Assembly (NCBI GenBank): GCA_963752285.1
Contig: CAVVXN010000005.1
Location: forward strand, 2,048,001-2,112,000
Source of the DNA: an uncultured Planctomycetota bacterium
GTDB lineage: Bacteria > Planctomycetota > PLA2 > JAEUHO01
Direction: 5' to 3'
Length of the DNA: 64,000 nt
Numbering within the stretch: position 1 is the stretch's first letter; each line of letters begins with the position of its first letter. Made by a program: the position numbers and the translations under genes. This document shows positions 47,425 to 57,612 of the stretch, piece by piece. The notes below the pieces were generated by a model. The model was not told where the DNA came from. It ran no database searches and saw only the letters and a program-made list of their open reading frames with translations.

Positions 47425-47661
47425 ATGCGCGCCCTGACGACCCTCCTCGCGACCGCGTCTCTCGCGCTCGTCCTGGCGACGCCGGCGTTCGCCGGGCCGG
47501 GACACCGTCACGGTCACGAGCACGACCGCTGCCCGGAGACGACCCCCGCCGTCCCGCCGGACCCCGACCTGAACCACGACGGCCGGCTCTCGACCTACGA
47601 GAAGATCCTCGAGGCCCGCTCGGTCCGCTGGAATCAGGTCGCCGAGCCCTCCTCCCGCTGA
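47425..47661 (+). CDS. Small secreted His-rich protein with an EF-hand-like loop
   Basis: GGAGG RBS; signal peptide ending AFA; GHRHGHEHD; DLNHDGRLSTYE. Confidence 0.75.
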   Translation: MRALTTLLATASLALVLATPAFAGPGHRHGHEHDRCPETTPAVPPDPDLNHDGRLSTYEKILEARSVRWNQVAEPSSR

Positions 47662-47851
47662 AGCTCCCGCGGTCCGACCAACCCCGGGTCCCCTCCGTCC
47701 CGGAGTCGGCGGGCCCGCCGGGGAGGTCGTCGATCGGCCGCCCGCGTCGCGCTTCGCCGCGCGGGTAATCTGGGCCGCGGGAGGGTCCGCGCCCCGGACA
47801 CGGGTTTCGGAGGGCCCGCCGGTCACACCTCGGAGCCCGGAGGGACGGCCT

Positions 47852-50071
47852 TTGGCGCGTTGGTACGCCGCGACCCTGCTCCTCGGGGCCGCGCTGCTCT
47901 TCTGGCTCGAGCCGATGGTCGGGCGGCTCCTGCTCCCGGTGCTGGGCGGCGGGCCCGGCGTGTGGAACGTGTGTCTCGTCTTCTTCCAGGTCGCGCTCCT
48001 CCTCGGCTACCTCTACGCGCACTGGCTCCCCGCCCGACTGGGCACGCGCCGCCACGCGGCGCTTCACCTGGTCCTGCTCGCCGCCGTCTTCGTCGCGCTC
48101 CCGATCGGCCTCCCCGCGGGCTGGGCCCCGCCCGCGACGGGGGACCCCACCCTTCCCCTCCTCGGACTGCTCGCCCTCGTCGCGGGTCTCCCGTTCTTCG
48201 CCCTCGCGACGACGGCCCCGCTCCTCCAGTCCTGGTTCTCCCGCACGGGACACGCGCGCGCCCGGGACCCCTACTTCCTCTACGGCGCGAGCAACGTCGG
48301 GAGCGTGGTGGCGCTGCTCCTGTACCCGACCCTCGTCGAGACGTCCCTCGGCCTGTCGGGCCAGGCGCGTCTGTTCACGTTCGCGTACGGCGCGTTCGTG
48401 GCGCTCGTTGCCGGCGCGGCGGTCGTGCTCTGGCGTGCGCCCGCGCGGGCGCCGCGCGCCGAAGAAAGGGCGCCGGACGCCCGGGGCACGACCGATGGCG
48501 TCCCGGACGCGCGGCCCGTCACCGCCGCGCGCCGCGCGCGCTGGATCCTCCTCGCGTTCGTGCCGTCGAGCCTCGTCCTCTCCGTCACCACCACGATCAC
48601 GACGGACCTCGCGGCGATCCCCCTGCTCTGGGTCGTCCCCCTCGCGATCTACCTCGCGACGTGGGCCGTCGCGTTCGGGCGGCGTCGCGGGGTCCCGCTC
48701 CGCATCCTCCTGCGATGGCTGCCGCTCGTGGTCCTGGTGCTCACGCTGGTCCTGCTCTCCGAGGCGACGCAGCCGATCGGCCTCCTCGTCGGGCTCCACC
48801 TCGTGGGGTGCCTTTGGATCGGCCTCGCGTGCCACGGTCGGCTCGCGGCCGACCGTCCGGCGCCCGGCCACCTGACCGAGTACTACCTGTGGCTCGGCGT
48901 CGGCGGCGCGGCGGGCGGTCTCTTGAACGTGCTCCTCGCGCCGCTCCTCTTCGACTCGCTCGCGGAGTACCCGGTCGCGCTCGTGCTCGCGGCGGCGCTC
49001 GTCGTCGCCCCGGACGCGGCGCGCGCGTGGACGCGGCGCGCGTGCATCCTGGACCTCGCGCTGCCGGCCTCGCTCCTCGCCGTGACGGCCGGGCTCGTCC
49101 TCGCCTTCCAGTCGGGCGGGCTCGCGCCGGGGCCGGAGAGCGTCGCCGCCATGTTCGCGGTGCCCGTCGTCCTCGCCTACGTCCTCTCCACGCGTCCGCT
49201 CCGCTTCGCGGGGGCCATCTCGGCGCTGTTCCTCGCCGGCGGCCTGTACCACGGCGTCCACGGCCGCTCGGTGCTCTCCGAGCGGACCTTCTTCGGGATC
49301 TACCGCGTCACCGTGGACCCGACGGCCCGGTTCCGCCGTCTCGTGGACGGCAACACCGTGCACGGCGAAGAGCGCCTCGGCGAGACGGGCCCGCCCACGC
49401 CGCTCACGTACTACCACCCGACGGGACCCGTCGGCCGGGCGATCGCGGCGTTGGACCAGCGCCACGGCCTCCGGCACGTCGGCGTCGTGGGCCTCGGCGC
49501 AGGCTCGCTCGCGGCGTACGCCCGCGCGGGCCAGGACTGGACGTGGTTCGAGCTCGACCCGGCGGTCGTCGAGATCGCACGGCGCCGCGGCGGCTTCACG
49601 TTCCTCGACCGCGCGGCCGCGCCGCAGCGCTTCGTGACGGGCGACGCGCGGCGCGCGCTCGCGCGGTCCACGGCACGCTTCGACCTCCTCGTGATCGACG
49701 CGTTCTCCTCGGACGCGATCCCCGTCCACCTCTTGACCGAGGAAGCGCTCGCGGTCTACGTCGCGCGCCTCGCCGAAGGCGGCGTACTCGCCTTCAACGT
49801 GTCGAACCGCTACCTCGACCTCGCGCCCGAGCTCGCGCGGCTCGCGGCGCACGCCAACCCGCCGCTCGAGGCCGCGGCGTGGGCCGACCTCGACGTCCCG
49901 CCCCGGCTCTCGGCCGAGGGGAAGTCGCCGTCGTGGTGGGTCGTGATGGCGCGACGGGGCGCCGAGCTCGACGCGGTGCTCCGCGCGGGCGACTGGCGGC
50001 CGCTCCACGCCCGCCCGGGCGAGCGCGCCTGGACGGACGACCACGTGGACCTCTTCCGCGCGCTCCGCTGA
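47852..50071 (+). CDS. Fused MFS-like membrane domain / spermidine-synthase-like SAM-dependent methyltransferase
   Basis: LLPVLGGGPGVWN, DPYFLYGASNVGS, VVGLGAGSLA, GDAR, DAFSSDAIPVHLLT, WTDD. Confidence 0.9.
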   Translation: MARWYAATLLLGAALLFWLEPMVGRLLLPVLGGGPGVWNVCLVFFQVALLLGYLYAHWLPARLGTRRHAALHLVLLAAVFVALPIGLPAGWAPPATGDPTLPLLGLLALVAGLPFFALATTAPLLQSWFSRTGHARARDPYFLYGASNVGSVVALLLYPTLVETSLGLSGQARLFTFAYGAFVALVAGAAVVLWRAPARAPRAEERAPDARGTTDGVPDARPVTAARRARWILLAFVPSSLVLSVTTTITTDLAAIPLLWVVPLAIYLATWAVAFGRRRGVPLRILLRWLPLVVLVLTLVLLSEATQPIGLLVGLHLVGCLWIGLACHGRLAADRPAPGHLTEYYLWLGVGGAAGGLLNVLLAPLLFDSLAEYPVALVLAAALVVAPDAARAWTRRACILDLALPASLLAVTAGLVLAFQSGGLAPGPESVAAMFAVPVVLAYVLSTRPLRFAGAISALFLAGGLYHGVHGRSVLSERTFFGIYRVTVDPTARFRRLVDGNTVHGEERLGETGPPTPLTYYHPTGPVGRAIAALDQRHGLRHVGVVGLGAGSLAAYARAGQDWTWFELDPAVVEIARRRGGFTFLDRAAAPQRFVTGDARRALARSTARFDLLVIDAFSSDAIPVHLLTEEALAVYVARLAEGGVLAFNVSNRYLDLAPELARLAAHANPPLEAAAWADLDVPPRLSAEGKSPSWWVVMARRGAELDAVLRAGDWRPLHARPGERAWTDDHVDLFRALR

Positions 50072-50334
50072 CGCGCCGAGGGAGGGGGGGAGCGCCCCGC
50101 CCCGAGCCCCCGCGGCGGGCGGGCGCCCCGGGACGGGACCGCCTCCCGCGAGACCGACGACGGCCGGGAAGGCGTGCCCCCCGAGCGGTTCGGTCCGGCG
50201 GGCTCGACATCCCACGTCCCGCGGGGGAGGCTACGCCCGCGCCCCGTCGGCCGGTGCCCCCCGGGCCCGCGGTCCCGCGCGGGACGCAGAGCCTCGGACC
50301 CCGACCGGCCGGGGTCGCGTCTTGATGGTCGGCG

Positions 50335-52200
50335 ATGCCTCCTCCTCCGGTCCCCGTCGAAGACCTCCTCCGGCACACGGGCTTCGTGCGGAGCCTCGCG
50401 CGCGGGGCGCTGGGGCGGGACGACGGGAGCGAGGACGTCGTCCAGGACGCCTGGGTCTCGGCCCTCGAGCACGGGCCCCGCTCGAAGGAGGCCGCGAAGA
50501 GCTGGCTCTTCCGAGTCGTGCGAAACCGCGTGACGAGCCTCGGGCGCCGCGAGCACGCGCGTCGCCGCTGGCTCGGGAGGGTCGCGGCTGGGGCGCCCGT
50601 CCCCTCGCCCGCCGAGATCCTGCTCCGCGAGGAGGCGCGCCAGCGGCTCGTCCAGGCGCTCCTCGCGCTCGACGCGATGTACCGCGAGCCGCTCGTGCTC
50701 CGCTACTACGAGGACCTCGACACGGCGGAGATCGGCCGGCGCCTCGGGATCCCGCGGGAGACCGTGAAGACGCGTCTTCGGCGCGCGATCGGAAAGCTGC
50801 GCGTCCTTCTCGACGAACGCTACGAGAGCCGGCGGGCCTGGGTCCTCGCGCTGCACCCGCTCGGACGCCTCCCCCGCGGCGGGTCCGCGGGCCCCGGAGC
50901 CCTCTCTCGGCCGGTCCCTGGGTGGGCGTGGGCCGGGCCGGCGCTCGCGGTGGTCGTCGGCGTGGGCGTCCTCGTCGTTCGTGCCGGCGCGCCGTCGCGC
51001 GTCGCGGCGTCGGGAGACGGCGCGTCCCGGATCCGGATCGCCGAGGAGGCGAGGCTCGTGGGCCACGCGCCCGCGAGCCCCGACGAGGCCGGGCGCGAGG
51101 CCGGGTGCGACGCGGGGGCTCTGGCGACGCAGAAGGAGCCGGCGCGGGTGTGCGTGGTGACGGTGCTGGACGCGCGGGGCGACCCCGTCTCCGGCGCGTC
51201 CGTGCGCGTGGTCGAACGGCGCGCCGAATTCTCGTTCGACCGCGACGCGGTCGTCGGCGAGACCGACGACGACGGTCGTCTCTCGATGCCGCGCACCGCG
51301 ACGCCCCCGGCCGCCCAGGGGGCGGGCGCGTCGTCGTTCGCCCTCGAGGTCACACATCCCCGGGACCGCCTGGACCTCCAGGACGTGGCGATCTCGCCCT
51401 GGCGGCCCGACGACGCGACGGTCGTGCTCCCGGCGGGCTTCGCGATCGACGGGGCGGTGGTGGACACGCGAGGCGACCCCGTCCCCGGCGCGACGGTCGC
51501 GCTCGTCTCGAACGGGCCCGTGCGTCGCTTCACGACGGACGCGGCGGGGCGGTTCCAGGCGGCGGGCCTCCCCCCCGGACACTGGCGCGCGCAGGTCTCG
51601 TGCGCCTTCGTCGGCGAGGCGGCGCCAGCGGGCGCGTGCTCTCTCGACACGGGCACGCGCGCGGCGCGGATCGTGCTCCCCGTCGGGCGGTCGATTCACG
51701 TCCGCATCCTGGGGATCGACCCGCGACTCCTCGCGAGCGGCGGTCCGCCCCTCCACGTCGCCGCGTTCGGCCGAGGCGGGGAGCGCGCGGCTTACGAGGG
51801 CGCCTTCCCGCTCGCGCGCGACGGGACGCTCTGGCTCTACGGCGTCGAGGCCGACCTCGAGTACGCCCTCTACTGGGGGCCGTCCGGCGACGGGGGCGCG
51901 GCCTACGCGCCCGCGGTCCGCCTGTCCGACCGCGAGGCGGTGCTCCGCGTGGCGCACGGCGGCGCCGTCTTCGTGAAGGTCGTCCGGCCTCCGGGCCCGT
52001 GGCCGACCGTGCGCGCGCGCGGACGGGGGTTCGAGGTGACGGGCCGGTGGTGCGGAGGGGACGAGTGCGTCGTAATCGGCCTGCCCGAGGCCGAGGTTTC
52101 GGTGGAGGGCGAGGGCCGCGACGAGCGCGGCCAGGAGGTGTCGGGCCGCGTGTGCGCACGGCCGGGCGAAGAGGCGACGTTGGTGCTCTCGACTCCGTGA
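50335..52200 (+). CDS. ECF sigma factor with TM and extracytoplasmic carboxypeptidase-regulatory-like extension
   Basis: EDVVQDAWVSAL, WLFRVVRN, LRYYEDLDTAEIGRRLGIPRETVKTRLRRA; TM; VLDARGDPVSGA / TTDAAGRF.AAGLPPG modules. Confidence 0.9.
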   Translation: MPPPPVPVEDLLRHTGFVRSLARGALGRDDGSEDVVQDAWVSALEHGPRSKEAAKSWLFRVVRNRVTSLGRREHARRRWLGRVAAGAPVPSPAEILLREEARQRLVQALLALDAMYREPLVLRYYEDLDTAEIGRRLGIPRETVKTRLRRAIGKLRVLLDERYESRRAWVLALHPLGRLPRGGSAGPGALSRPVPGWAWAGPALAVVVGVGVLVVRAGAPSRVAASGDGASRIRIAEEARLVGHAPASPDEAGREAGCDAGALATQKEPARVCVVTVLDARGDPVSGASVRVVERRAEFSFDRDAVVGETDDDGRLSMPRTATPPAAQGAGASSFALEVTHPRDRLDLQDVAISPWRPDDATVVLPAGFAIDGAVVDTRGDPVPGATVALVSNGPVRRFTTDAAGRFQAAGLPPGHWRAQVSCAFVGEAAPAGACSLDTGTRAARIVLPVGRSIHVRILGIDPRLLASGGPPLHVAAFGRGGERAAYEGAFPLARDGTLWLYGVEADLEYALYWGPSGDGGAAYAPAVRLSDREAVLRVAHGGAVFVKVVRPPGPWPTVRARGRGFEVTGRWCGGDECVVIGLPEAEVSVEGEGRDERGQEVSGRVCARPGEEATLVLSTP

Positions 52201-52217
52201 GAGCGTGGGAGGTGGCG

Positions 52218-54059
52218 ATGCGTTCACGCACGATGACCCGAGCTCGGTGGGCGGTGCCCGCGCTCCTGGTGTGGGTGATGATCGGCGTGGGGCCCGGCGC
52301 GGGACGCGCGCTCGCGAAGGGCGACGCGTGGGCCGGGACCTGGGTGACCGACGAGGGGGCGCTGACGCTCCAACAGGACAAAAGGTCCGTGAAGGGAACC
52401 TACGGGCGCGGCGGCTCGGTGGAGGGCGAGGTCCACGGCACGAAGGTCGAGGGGACGTACCGGCTCCAGGGCGTCGAGGGACGCATCGAGTGGGAGATGG
52501 AGAAGGGCGGCCACGCGTTCAAGGGAACGTGGACGGAGCCGCAGGGGAGCAGCGGCGCCTGGCGCGGCTGGAAGCCGGACGAGGACGCGAAGACGAAGCC
52601 GAACGCGGACTTCGCGGGGACGTGGCTCACCTCGATCGGCATGTTCCGCCTCGAGAAGAAGGGCGCCGGCGTCGAGGGCCCGTGGGGCCAGGCGGCCCGG
52701 GCGACGATCCAGGGGAAGGCGAAGGGTCGTCGCCTCGAGGCGCACCTCGCGAAACCGACGTGGCAGGGCGACGTGTGGATCGAGATGACGCCCGACGGGA
52801 AGCGCATCTTCGGTCTCACCGACGAGAACCCGCCGGCGGCCGTGATCGGTCTCTCGGTGGACGACTTCGATCCGAGTCCCAAGCTCGAGGCGGGCAAGAT
52901 CGCACAGGGCGTCACCGGGAACGGGATGCTCTACTTCGCGCGACCGCCGACCGGGTGGAAGCGGGGAAAGCCCGTGGACGCGATCGTGCTGCTCCACGGC
53001 AGCAACTGGACCACCAAGGGCATGGTGTGGGTGACGGCCAAGAACTGGCCCGAGCTCGCGAAGCGCTACATGATCGTCGGCATCCAGGGCGACCAGTGGG
53101 CCTCGTGGAGCGAGGCCGACGACCTCCGCTTCAACTACGACTACGTGAACTGGATGGGGAAGAGCACGTACGAGGGCTACCCGTACACGGACCGCGCGAG
53201 CCCGACGTTCGTCGCCGACGCGATCACGGAGCTCGGGAAGGAGCTCGACTGGGGCCGCGTGTTCCTCGGCGGACACAGCCAGGGCGGGTTCATGAGCTAC
53301 CTCCTGCTCATGCACTACCCGGAGCGCCTCGCGGGCGTGTTCGCGGTGTCGGGCGGCCTGGTGATCCAGGCCGAGCCGGACGCGTTCGAGGACCAGAAGC
53401 TCCGGGCGGCCCAGCGCGCGACGCCCCTCGCGATCGTGCACGGGACGAAAGACAACGTCGTCCCGTTCGACACGGCCCTGTACATCCGGGACCGCTTCGA
53501 GGGCGCAGGGTTCCCCCTCACCACCCTGATCTCGCCGGGTCTCGGACACCCCTACGACTTCCTCCCGATCGACGACGCGATCGGCTTCCTCGACGCCATG
53601 AGCACGACCGACGCGGACGCGCTCGCGGCGTATGCGAACGAGGCGGCGGAGCGGGGCCGTTGGCACGACGTCGGCGCCGCCCTCGCGCGGGCGAAGACGA
53701 TCGGCGCCGACGCGAAGCTCGCCGCGGCGGCGCGTCGGTACGACGCGGAGGCCTCGAAGCAGGCCGAGCACTTCCTCGAGCGGTGGAAGAAGGGCGAGGG
53801 CGGCGCGTGGGTCGACGAGTTCTACGCGTGGAAGCTCGCGTTCGGCGGCGCGCCGGCGGCGGCCGAGGTCCTCGCGGCGTACCGGAAGCGCGAACACGTC
53901 GAGGGCCCGAAGGCCGACCAGCTCTTCGTGGCGGCACAGAAGGCGTTCCGATCGGGCGACCGGGACGCCGGCCGGGCCAAGTACGACGAGATCCTGGATC
54001 GCTGCTTCGCGAGCGGCCTGTACCCGATCGTGAAGCGCTGGGTCGCCGACATGAAGTGA
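52218..54059 (+). CDS. Secreted alpha/beta hydrolase (esterase-like) with N-terminal beta repeats
   Basis: Signal peptide; two AGTW.T repeats; LLHG, GHSQGG nucleophile elbow, HGTKDNVV, GLGH. Confidence 0.85.
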   Translation: MRSRTMTRARWAVPALLVWVMIGVGPGAGRALAKGDAWAGTWVTDEGALTLQQDKRSVKGTYGRGGSVEGEVHGTKVEGTYRLQGVEGRIEWEMEKGGHAFKGTWTEPQGSSGAWRGWKPDEDAKTKPNADFAGTWLTSIGMFRLEKKGAGVEGPWGQAARATIQGKAKGRRLEAHLAKPTWQGDVWIEMTPDGKRIFGLTDENPPAAVIGLSVDDFDPSPKLEAGKIAQGVTGNGMLYFARPPTGWKRGKPVDAIVLLHGSNWTTKGMVWVTAKNWPELAKRYMIVGIQGDQWASWSEADDLRFNYDYVNWMGKSTYEGYPYTDRASPTFVADAITELGKELDWGRVFLGGHSQGGFMSYLLLMHYPERLAGVFAVSGGLVIQAEPDAFEDQKLRAAQRATPLAIVHGTKDNVVPFDTALYIRDRFEGAGFPLTTLISPGLGHPYDFLPIDDAIGFLDAMSTTDADALAAYANEAAERGRWHDVGAALARAKTIGADAKLAAAARRYDAEASKQAEHFLERWKKGEGGAWVDEFYAWKLAFGGAPAAAEVLAAYRKREHVEGPKADQLFVAAQKAFRSGDRDAGRAKYDEILDRCFASGLYPIVKRWVADMK

Positions 54060-54101
54060 TCGCGCCGGCGCGCGCGTCCTTCGCACCCGTAGAATCGGCG
54101 C

Positions 54102-56366
54102 GTGCCGTCGCGCCGCTCCTCCCCACCGCTCTTCCCGGAGACGACCGACGGCGACGTGCTCGTCTCCGTCGCGCTCGACGTCCCGGTCGATCGTGTCTTC
54201 ACGTATCGCGTGTCCCCGGAGATGGCGCCGCGCGCGAAGGTCGGCCACCGCGCGGTCGTCCCCTTCCGCGGCCGCGCGCGCATCGGGTTCATCGTGGACG
54301 AACGTCCGGGGGGCGCGCCCGGGCGGCTCCTCGACGTCGCCGAGGTCCCCGACGAGGAGCCCGTCCTCTCCCCGAGCCTCCTTGGACTCGGCCGGTTCGT
54401 CGCGCGGTACTACGGGGGGTCGTACGGCGAGGCGTTGACCGCGATGATCCCGCGCGGCGTCCGGCGACGCGGCAAGGGCGCGGCGCGGCGGCGCGTCCGG
54501 CTCGCGCCCGGCGCCCCCCCGCCGACGATCGACGCCGAAGAGCCCTCGCCCGGACCGCGCACGCGCGTGCTCCGGCTCCTGCTCCGACACCCCGAGGGCT
54601 TCCTCCTCGCCGACCTGTGCCGACGCGCACGCACCTCCGCCAGCCCGATCCGGACCCTCGCACGTCGCGGCGCCGTGGTCGTCGAGAAGGAGCGGGGCGT
54701 GGACGACGCCCTGATGGAGGCCGCGCGCGCCCCCGCCGAGCGCGAGACGCCCCCCGAGCCGACCCCCGAGCAGGCCGCGGCGATCCGCCGCGTGGTCGGC
54801 GCGGTCGAGGCCGAGGTCTTCGCGCCGTTCCTGCTCCTCGGCGTCACGGGGTCGGGCAAGACCGAGGTGTACCTCCGCGGCATCGAGGCCGCGATCGGCC
54901 TCGGCCGACAAGCGATCGTGCTCGTGCCCGAGATCGCCCTGACGCCCCAGACGGTCAAGCGCTTTCGCGCGCGCTTCGACCGCGTCGCCGTTCTCCACTC
55001 CGGGCTGACCGACGCGGATCGCGCGCGCGCCTGGATGCGGATCCGGCGCGGCGAGGCGGACGTGGTGATCGGCCCGCGGAGCGCCGTGTTCGCGCCCGTG
55101 CCGCGCCTCGGCCTGATCGTCGTGGACGAGGAGCACGAGAGCTCGTTCAAGCAGCAGAACGCCCCGCGGTACCACGCGCGCGACGTCGGGCTCGTGCGCG
55201 CGAGGGACGCCGGCGCGACCGTCGTCCTCGGCAGCGCGACGCCGGCGCTCGAGTCGTGGCGGCACGCCCAGTCCGGGCGGTACGGCCTGCTCCGGTTGCC
55301 CGAGCGCATTGGCGGACGACCGCTGCCGACCGTGACGATCGTGGACGCGCGCGGGAACGACGAGCGGCCGCCCGCGGGTCGCCATCTCGGCCGGACGCTT
55401 CGCGTACGTCTCCAGGAGACGCTCCGCGACGGCGGACAGGCGATCCTGCTCCAGAACCGGCGCGGGTTCGCGACGAGCGTCGCGTGCCCCCGGTGCGGCT
55501 GGGTGATGCGATGCGATCACTGCGACGTCTCGCTCACGTACCACCAAGACGACCAGATCGCCCTCTGCCACCTCTGCGGGCACGAGCGCCGCCCCCCGCG
55601 CGCGTGCCCCGACTGCGCGATGCCGATGCTGAGGCTCCGCGGCGTGGGCACGCAGACGGTGGAGTCGGAGGTGCTGGAGGTGCTCCCCGAGGCCCGGGTC
55701 GCGCGCATGGACTCCGACGCGATGGCGACCCGCGAGGCCTACGAGCGCGTGCTCGGCCGCTTCGAGCGCGGCGAGGTGGACGTGCTCGTCGGGACGCAGA
55801 TGATCGCGAAGGGTCTCCACTTCCCCCGCGTGACGCTGGTGGGCATCGTCTCGGCCGACACGTCGCTCGTCCTGCCGGACTTCCGGAGCGCCGAGCGGAC
55901 CTTCGCGCTGGTCGCGCAGGTGGCCGGCCGCGCGGGCCGAGGCGACGCGCCGGGCCGCGTGGTCGTCCAGACGACCCTGCCCGACCACGCGGCGATCCGA
56001 CTCGCGGCGCACCACGACTACGAGCGCTTCGCCGAGTCCGAGCTCGAGGACCGCCGCCGACACCGCTACCCGCCGTTTTGCCGGCTCTTGCGCGTGCTCG
56101 TGCGCGGTCCCACGCCCGAGCCGGTCTCGGAACGCGCGGCTGAGGTCGCGCGCCGCCTCGTGGCGTCCGCCGGGGAGGGCGTCCAGGTGCTCGGGCCCGC
56201 CGTGCCGAGCGTCGCGCGCGTGAAGGCGCGTTACCGCGAGCACGTGCTCGTGAAGGCGGGCCGCGCGAGCGAGATCGGCGCCGCGCTCGACGTGCTCCGG
56301 AAGGCTCCGCGGCCGGCGCGCGGCGTGGAGGAGCTCTGGGACGTCGATCCCCTCTCCCTCCTCTAG
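54102..56366 (+). CDS. priA: Primosomal protein N' (replication restart helicase)
   Basis: GVTGSGKTEVY, VPEIALTPQ, DEEHE, four CxxC pairs, GTQMIAKG, QVAGRAGR. Confidence 0.97.
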   Translation: MPSRRSSPPLFPETTDGDVLVSVALDVPVDRVFTYRVSPEMAPRAKVGHRAVVPFRGRARIGFIVDERPGGAPGRLLDVAEVPDEEPVLSPSLLGLGRFVARYYGGSYGEALTAMIPRGVRRRGKGAARRRVRLAPGAPPPTIDAEEPSPGPRTRVLRLLLRHPEGFLLADLCRRARTSASPIRTLARRGAVVVEKERGVDDALMEAARAPAERETPPEPTPEQAAAIRRVVGAVEAEVFAPFLLLGVTGSGKTEVYLRGIEAAIGLGRQAIVLVPEIALTPQTVKRFRARFDRVAVLHSGLTDADRARAWMRIRRGEADVVIGPRSAVFAPVPRLGLIVVDEEHESSFKQQNAPRYHARDVGLVRARDAGATVVLGSATPALESWRHAQSGRYGLLRLPERIGGRPLPTVTIVDARGNDERPPAGRHLGRTLRVRLQETLRDGGQAILLQNRRGFATSVACPRCGWVMRCDHCDVSLTYHQDDQIALCHLCGHERRPPRACPDCAMPMLRLRGVGTQTVESEVLEVLPEARVARMDSDAMATREAYERVLGRFERGEVDVLVGTQMIAKGLHFPRVTLVGIVSADTSLVLPDFRSAERTFALVAQVAGRAGRGDAPGRVVVQTTLPDHAAIRLAAHHDYERFAESELEDRRRHRYPPFCRLLRVLVRGPTPEPVSERAAEVARRLVASAGEGVQVLGPAVPSVARVKARYREHVLVKAGRASEIGAALDVLRKAPRPARGVEELWDVDPLSLL

Positions 56367-56412
56367 ATGGGACGACCCATGAGCCGTCGGGAGCCGGGCG
56401 GGAACGCGCCCC

Positions 56413-57612
56413 TCAGCGGTCGGCCGGGTACCCGGACACGGTGGCCGAGGGCGCCACCGGACCGGAGACGCCGGCCGGGGCGGGGATCACGGTCGGCGGG
56501 GGCGTTCCCGAGCCCCCGGTCGTCGGGGCGGAGGGGCCGCGGGCGGGCGGCGTGCGCGGGGGCGCCGCGCCCCCCGCCGGGGAGGTGGCGCCGGCGCTCG
56601 CACGCGTTCCGGGATTCCCCACCCCCAGGTAGCGCTCGTCCACCGGCCAGCCTCGCTCCTGTCGCAGCGCGTCGTACCAGGCGTACCACGCCTCCGTGCT
56701 CGTCCCGAGCCGCGCCTTCTCGTCCTCGGAGAGCGACGTCCCGCGGATCTTGCCGCCGTACGAGGCGAGGAGCTCGCGGACGACGAGCTTCGACTCGTCG
56801 GGCGAGTCACCGAGCAGCCGCACCACCTCGGGGAAGCCCCGCGGGTCCGCGACGCGCTCGAGCCCCGCGGCGGCGGCGAGGCGGATCCGCGGGTACTCGT
56901 CCTTCATGAGGATCATGAGGAGGTCGTAGGCGCCGGGGCGGCGAAGCTCGCCCAGGGCCTTCGCCACGTGGAGGCGCACGTAGGGGTCCCGGTCCGCGAC
57001 GACGCCCGAGAGCGTCTGGGCCACCTGGCGCTCGGTCGCGTCGTCCACGCCTTGCGGCGTCTTCCGCCGCGCCTCGAGCACGTTCGCGATGGCGAGGGGC
57101 GCGTACCGCCGCGGCTCGGGCGCGCTCGACGCGACCTGCTGGAGCACGGGCAGGATCGGCGTCGCCGGGTCGGCCCGGAGCTTCAACGCGATCAGGATGT
57201 TGCCGCGGAGCTTCGGGTCGGCCTCCGTCAGGTGGTCCACGAGCAGCTTCGTCGCCTCGGGGCGCGTCGTGAAGCCGAGCGCGCTGGCCGCGAGGTACTG
57301 GAGCTGGAGACCACGCCCGCCCGCCGCGGCCGCCGCGAAGTCGGCGTAGCCCTCGTCCACCTCCCTTCGGACCTGATCGAAGATCGCCTGCGCCTTGTCC
57401 TCCTGGCCGGACGCCTGCGCGACGTCCCACTGCGAGATGAGCATGTCCACCTTGCGGAAGCGGAGCGAGGCGGGGTCGGTCGAGAGGAGCGGGCTCGGCG
57501 AGATCGCCTGCGCGGACGGCGTCGGCCGAGCGGGACCCTTGGGCGTCTGCCGGCAGGCGGCGAGCGCGGCGCCGAGGACGAGGGCGAGGGCGAGGTTCGA
57601 CCTGGCTGTCAT
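56413..57612 (-). CDS. HEAT-repeat lipoprotein
   Basis: Lipobox LAAC; HEAT-like repeats DRDPYVRLHVAKALG and DEYPRIRLAAAAGL; ATGA overlap. Confidence 0.82.
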   Translation of the reverse strand: MTARSNLALALVLGAALAACRQTPKGPARPTPSAQAISPSPLLSTDPASLRFRKVDMLISQWDVAQASGQEDKAQAIFDQVRREVDEGYADFAAAAAGGRGLQLQYLAASALGFTTRPEATKLLVDHLTEADPKLRGNILIALKLRADPATPILPVLQQVASSAPEPRRYAPLAIANVLEARRKTPQGVDDATERQVAQTLSGVVADRDPYVRLHVAKALGELRRPGAYDLLMILMKDEYPRIRLAAAAGLERVADPRGFPEVVRLLGDSPDESKLVVRELLASYGGKIRGTSLSEDEKARLGTSTEAWYAWYDALRQERGWPVDERYLGVGNPGTRASAGATSPAGGAAPPRTPPARGPSAPTTGGSGTPPPTVIPAPAGVSGPVAPSATVSGYPADR

